From IMG/VR virus record IMGVR_UViG_3300025858_000011: a stretch of DNA of 20,999 nucleotides, one strand, 5' to 3'. Origin of the DNA: a virus. Its lineage: Duplodnaviria; Heunggongvirae; Uroviricota; Caudoviricetes. Shown here piece after piece: positions 16,416 through 20,999 of the stretch; positions within the stretch are counted from its first letter, which is position 1, and each line of letters begins with the position of its first letter. The notes under the pieces were generated by a model that was not told the origin of the DNA, searched no databases, and saw only the letters and a program-made list of their open reading frames with translations. A program made the position numbers and the translations under genes.

Positions 16416-19400
16416 ATGGCCATAAATGTAAAAGAATATTTAGTAAGTAGAATTAGAGAATTATATCCGGATGTTGCAACTAGACCGGATCTAAAACCAG
16501 GAAGTGCCTTTTATGATTTATTAATTCTTCCACTGGCAGCTTTACTTACAGAATATCAAGAGGAACACCAAACAATTTTAGATATGCAGAGCATTACTGA
16601 TCCCACTCTTATGGAAGAAGAGGACCTGGATGCTGTTGCCTTGAACTTTTTACAATCACGAAGTGCAGGAACAAAAGCGGCTGGTTATGTAAAGTTTTAT
16701 TATAATCGTGCAGTAACTCTTAATATTCCTAAAAAAACAGTGTTGAAAACCAGTTCTGGTTTAGAATTTGAAATTGTTTCAAATATATATGTTCCTAAAA
16801 TACAAATGGAAAATAATATTGTGGAGTATCCTTATTATGACTCCGGGGAAGTTTATATTATTGCAAAAGAAGCGGGGGATGAATATAATCTTCCAGTAAA
16901 TACCCAATTTACAATAGACAGTACGGTTGGAATTCCTACTCCAGCAAAAATTATTAATAATGATCCATTTACGTCAGGTGTCTTAAAAGAGGGAAATCAA
17001 ACATTTTTTGAAAGAATTCAATCCTCTGTGTATAATAAAAGTCTGGCCTCTAAAGAATCAATAGATTCTAAAATAAAAGAACTATATCCCACTGTTATTA
17101 AAACTGAGGTTATTGGTGCAGGAAACACTTTAATGATTAGAGACCTTGCAAATTTAGAGGGCACAATAGCTGATTTTGTAGAAGAAGATTTTTATTTAAC
17201 ATACTCTGGAAAGCACGAGGGAGTATATGATAGTCAACATATTGCATTAGTAGGGGTATTTAATGACATGGACGAAAGTGCTAATGTCGAAGTACCACCA
17301 CCAACGTCTTGGGAAAGTGAATTTTCTGATGCCATGTATCAAGGAGTTTATTCTTCAGAGGATCGTGATTATGCAATTTATGAACAAGACACAATTATTC
17401 GTGAAGATTGGGGAGACACCCTTGCTGCCACCGGGGTACAACCGAGTTTAGCTTTAATATTGGCGTCAGGGACAACTAATTACTGGAGTGTGCATGATGG
17501 GATTAATCCTACACAAGAATTATTTTACGCAGATGAAATAAGTATAAAGGGAAATAATCTTATTTTAGGGTCGACTAAGTCACCTACGGATCCAGACCCA
17601 GCCATTATTGTTCCGTTGGCAACTATTTCTGGAATAATGGACCTTGCTGGCTCATATATTGAGGGTACTACTGTTGAAGCATATAATCAATTATTATATC
17701 TTATTCAACCAGAAAATTTTAATAATATGTCCCCGATTATTCATCGTCAAATTGACCAGCATCTTGGAATATATGTAGAGTTAGACATGAGCACAACTGA
17801 TAATACTGAATGGGGAGAGATGTGCTATATAACTGTTTTAAGAAATTCAGGGGTGTATCTCCCCCATGATGGATATGGAATGGCCTGGAGAAAACAACCA
17901 GAATTTTTATTAAGAATCGACAAAGGAACATATACTGCAGCAGATATTGATTTATTTAAAGAACATTACGACGGGATTGACCCTGTCGCTGCAAACCTAG
18001 TTGGTAATTTACATCTAAATGCAAATAGAGCCTTTTGGAAATATAATGTGTATCTTGTAGACAATGATGTTTTACAAGAAGAAGTTTGGATCGGACATGA
18101 TCAATTTTTTGATCAAACATCTGGGAGAAACCAATTTTTAGCTGCAGATAAGGCATGGATTGAACCAAATATTACATATTCTATAGTGTTAAAAATATAT
18201 GAAACTTTAGGATTTGAAGGTTGGATTTATAATACATCATATACTGATACTTGGAAAGCGCCCACATTGGCAGGGACGGAAGAAGCTAATAGAGTTTTAT
18301 ACCGTGGGTCTACATATCCTACATTTGTGCCAGTGTCTGGCGATAAAATAGCAAGAAGTAACGGAGTTGAGGTTATAGATTCCGCTCTTAATCATTTTGG
18401 AATTGGTGTGTCTCAAACAAAAAATTGTGAGTGGACCGTAGGTGATTTGGTTATTAGATCATTTATAGAAACATTTCCGATGCATTTATTTAAATTTAAA
18501 ATGGATCTTTCAGATTGGGAAACAACCGATTCTTTTACAGTTACTTATTATGGTGTAGGTTATGATAGTTATTTATTTTCTGAAGAGGGAAGTGGCCATA
18601 GTAGTGTACAATGCGTGATATATAATACAACTACTGAAGAATGGGAAACTATTGGAACAAACACAAGTACATTGGATGATGGTATTATAAACATTGAATC
18701 TTTAAAGATTTCCGATACACTTTCCCCTTTATCAGATTATTTGGATGAAGACATGTATGTTCAAATTGCGGCATCTGCCACAAATAGTGGCCCAGATTTT
18801 CCGGATGATACTTCCCATAGTTTACGAACATACTACGTAAAAATTGACAATACACAACCAACCGGAATACATCGCGGAAATACTGTTGATGTATATGTGC
18901 ATGATCCTGTAAATCTTAAAGTAGCTACTACAGTACTTACTGTAGCAAATGGAAAAATAAATACAAATACTACAGCTTTTAGAGGGTACATCGTTGATAT
19001 TGTGGAAGTACGAGAATATTTATCTAAAGTTCCTTTTGATAGAAGTTCTTATACATTAGTTAATAATAATAAAGGGGATTCATATTCTTCTTCAGCTAAT
19101 TACGATATTATTTTTGATAGTGATGACATCGACGGAGCAATGGTAGAAGTTGAGTATAGATATTGGTCACAAGGAGATTTAATAAACACATTATTAACTG
19201 ACTCTGATTATAGATACCCTGCTGCAGACCTTGTTGTTAAAGCAATGCCAGTTCACATTGTTAATATAGAAAAACTAGAGTACTCCGGAGGGCTCCGTGT
19301 TGACCAAATGAAAACAAAGTTAATTGAATACTTTAATGAATTAGATAGTAGGACTTTTGATAAATCTGATATCGTAAATATTTTATATGCTAACGGTGCT

Positions 19401-19562
19401 AACTATGTTGATTTGGATATTGTAATTAGAATTAGAAGTTATAATACTATCTTTACATACTCTTCTGAAATAATGGAGGGGCAAACATATGTAATTCCAT
19501 ATAATACAGTTGGTGGATTTTTTACAAATGAAGACGAATTAATTGGGGTGGAACAAGTATAA
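16416..19562 (+). CDS. Baseplate J/gp47-like wedge protein with large internal insertion
   Basis: The N-terminus has DLKPGSAFYDLLI, DLDAVALNFLQSRSAGTKAAGYVKF, IPKKTV, AKEAGDEYN and FTSGVLKEGNQTFFERI, typical of baseplate J. The J-like pattern resumes at HRGNTVDVYV and ends in a wedge-type C-terminus (LIEYFNEL...DKSDIVNIL). Confidence 0.85.
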   Translation: MAINVKEYLVSRIRELYPDVATRPDLKPGSAFYDLLILPLAALLTEYQEEHQTILDMQSITDPTLMEEEDLDAVALNFLQSRSAGTKAAGYVKFYYNRAVTLNIPKKTVLKTSSGLEFEIVSNIYVPKIQMENNIVEYPYYDSGEVYIIAKEAGDEYNLPVNTQFTIDSTVGIPTPAKIINNDPFTSGVLKEGNQTFFERIQSSVYNKSLASKESIDSKIKELYPTVIKTEVIGAGNTLMIRDLANLEGTIADFVEEDFYLTYSGKHEGVYDSQHIALVGVFNDMDESANVEVPPPTSWESEFSDAMYQGVYSSEDRDYAIYEQDTIIREDWGDTLAATGVQPSLALILASGTTNYWSVHDGINPTQELFYADEISIKGNNLILGSTKSPTDPDPAIIVPLATISGIMDLAGSYIEGTTVEAYNQLLYLIQPENFNNMSPIIHRQIDQHLGIYVELDMSTTDNTEWGEMCYITVLRNSGVYLPHDGYGMAWRKQPEFLLRIDKGTYTAADIDLFKEHYDGIDPVAANLVGNLHLNANRAFWKYNVYLVDNDVLQEEVWIGHDQFFDQTSGRNQFLAADKAWIEPNITYSIVLKIYETLGFEGWIYNTSYTDTWKAPTLAGTEEANRVLYRGSTYPTFVPVSGDKIARSNGVEVIDSALNHFGIGVSQTKNCEWTVGDLVIRSFIETFPMHLFKFKMDLSDWETTDSFTVTYYGVGYDSYLFSEEGSGHSSVQCVIYNTTTEEWETIGTNTSTLDDGIINIESLKISDTLSPLSDYLDEDMYVQIAASATNSGPDFPDDTSHSLRTYYVKIDNTQPTGIHRGNTVDVYVHDPVNLKVATTVLTVANGKINTNTTAFRGYIVDIVEVREYLSKVPFDRSSYTLVNNNKGDSYSSSANYDIIFDSDDIDGAMVEVEYRYWSQGDLINTLLTDSDYRYPAADLVVKAMPVHIVNIEKLEYSGGLRVDQMKTKLIEYFNELDSRTFDKSDIVNILYANGANYVDLDIVIRIRSYNTIFTYSSEIMEGQTYVIPYNTVGGFFTNEDELIGVEQV

Positions 19563-20999
19563 TGTTTAGTCCAACCGTAAATGTAGATTTAGATTTATTA
19601 TTAGATTCATTAGGGTCATTTTATAAAAATCTTGATGAAGACGGTAAAACCCGTATCAAAAATTATTGGACAGTTTTAATTGAAAGTGTAGGAGGGTTAT
19701 ATTATGATTTATATCAAAATCATTTAGCAAAATTACTAAACTACACTCAAGGGTTTATTGAAAATCAATACCAAGAATATAAAGTTATATTTGACGGAGA
19801 TGACAAAAATGTTACGGAGATTGTATATAATTGTCCTACTGTGTCTGCTTTACATAATGACAGCTACTCGACAGATAATACACAATATCTTTATAGTGTA
19901 ACATCGGTAACTGACTACGGAGAAACCACACCATCTACCTCTGTTATACTAATTAGTGGAGCAGAAACATTAGCGACTAATAGTAATTATTTTTCTTGGA
20001 ATCTAGTATCGGGAATTTCCACTTATAGTATTTATGGTAGAACTGAGGAAGACTTTGGTCTTTTATATACTATCTCCGGAATACCTTATACAGAAAATGG
20101 TACTTACGAATTTACCGATGATGGGTCCTTTACTCCGGGAGTTGCCCCTCCTGAGGAAAATACGGCTATATGGGCAAGAGTGTTCACAATTCCTACTAAT
20201 TTATATTACATGACTATTCCAACGTTAAGTGGGCAAAGTACTGAACAAACTCTATATGAAAATGATGATTATGAGATAGAAGATTTAAGAAAAATAAAAT
20301 TTATAAAACCAATTTCATCAGGGATTCAACCTGATTATATCTCTTATAATGCAAAAAATGCCAACTATGAAATAAGTGAGGTATTTATAGCTAAACAAGA
20401 ATTATGTTTAATTCCAAGTCTTACATCTATTTATTGGCCGGGATTGGGATTGGACATTCCCTCTGATATTGTAAACTATAATTTATATTACCCATTATTA
20501 AGTGGTTTAGACTCTGAAACCTATTTTAATCAGAGACAGGCATATACCAAGCATTTAGTATTTTGGACATATGGTTTGGTAAATGTATTACGCGAACCTC
20601 CCACTATGTCTAATATTAAAAAAGCATTAGCGTTTCTAATGGGACTTGCTTTTAGTTATATTACAGGAACTGTAATTGCTATTGATAATGATACAGAATA
20701 TAAGTATATTACAATTAGTGGAACAGATGGCCAGTATACTTATAAAGTATCAACCTTACTTAACCTACAATTTGAACAAGGGGACTCTGTTACTAAATTT
20801 GATATACTAACGGATGGCACATATGCTACTGATTACATCGAAGATCTTGCACTAGTTTCTGGAAATACTTTAAAAGAGGGTCAAATAACAGAATACGACA
20901 TGTTCACAGAGGTGTATTCTATAAACGATCATAAATTTAGATTATATGAAACTTTTGGAGAAGATATTTTGAAAATTAAAACTGGTGATGAACTAACCA
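19562..20999 (+). CDS. Putative baseplate wedge protein (gpI/gp7-like position) with FN3/Ig-like insert; truncated by window end
   Basis: Not in the ORF track because there is no stop in the window. TAATG overlap at 19560-19564, and the frame is open to the end: MFSPTVNVDLDLLLDSLGSFY...YLYSVTSVTDYGETTPS...FSWNLVSGISTYSIYGRT...FTDDGS...EPPTMSNIKKALAFLMGL. Confidence 0.7.
   Translation, partial: MFSPTVNVDLDLLLDSLGSFYKNLDEDGKTRIKNYWTVLIESVGGLYYDLYQNHLAKLLNYTQGFIENQYQEYKVIFDGDDKNVTEIVYNCPTVSALHNDSYSTDNTQYLYSVTSVTDYGETTPSTSVILISGAETLATNSNYFSWNLVSGISTYSIYGRTEEDFGLLYTISGIPYTENGTYEFTDDGSFTPGVAPPEENTAIWARVFTIPTNLYYMTIPTLSGQSTEQTLYENDDYEIEDLRKIKFIKPISSGIQPDYISYNAKNANYEISEVFIAKQELCLIPSLTSIYWPGLGLDIPSDIVNYNLYYPLLSGLDSETYFNQRQAYTKHLVFWTYGLVNVLREPPTMSNIKKALAFLMGLAFSYITGTVIAIDNDTEYKYITISGTDGQYTYKVSTLLNLQFEQGDSVTKFDILTDGTYATDYIEDLALVSGNTLKEGQITEYDMFTEVYSINDHKFRLYETFGEDILKIKTGDELT

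Noticed and set aside
7595-18168. Short antisense or nested ORFs in the track (7595, 8368, 8917, 9648, 11910, 12458, 14004, 15823, 16064, 17263, 17737, 17956)
   Set aside because: All lie within long, coupled plus-strand structural genes and lack RBS or recognisable motifs, as expected for shadow ORFs.
5084-20999. Extracellular contractile injection system, tailocin or T6SS instead of a phage tail
   Set aside because: The long tape measure, the G/GT frameshift and the adjacent intron-bearing helicase block favour a phage. No AAA ATPase, toxin or T6SS membrane genes are visible. Capsid, sheath and tube genes are outside the window, so this is not formally excluded.
1-20999. CRISPR array, tRNA genes, tandem repeats or alternative genetic code
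   Set aside because: No repeat-spacer pattern or cloverleaf was seen in the short intergenic gaps. Long ORFs tile the window under the standard code, so recoding is not needed.

Overview
This AT-rich, gene-dense window looks like part of a large contractile-tailed (myovirus or jumbo-type) phage genome, with two divergent gene blocks. The left block (minus strand, 4980 to 1) holds a UvsW/XPB-like SF2 DExH helicase. A 1165-nt group I intron (3121-4285) splits the helicase inside its DEVH motif. The intron carries a LAGLIDADG homing endonuclease that reads in frame through the ribozyme core and gains a C-terminal Zn-ribbon. Downstream are two small ORFs, a CCA-adding-enzyme-like protein with a degenerate nucleotidyltransferase site but an intact HD domain, and a membrane-anchored PD-(D/E)XK nuclease cut by the window edge. 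The right block (plus strand, 5084 to the end) is a tightly coupled tail and baseplate operon. It contains a tail-assembly chaperone pair with a -1 frameshift site, the tape measure, a hub-like protein, a putative tube initiator, an atypical sigma-70-family factor, a large unknown helical protein, a gp25-like protein, an enlarged baseplate-J protein and a truncated wedge protein. All calls come from reading motifs by eye and from gene order; no database searches were run.
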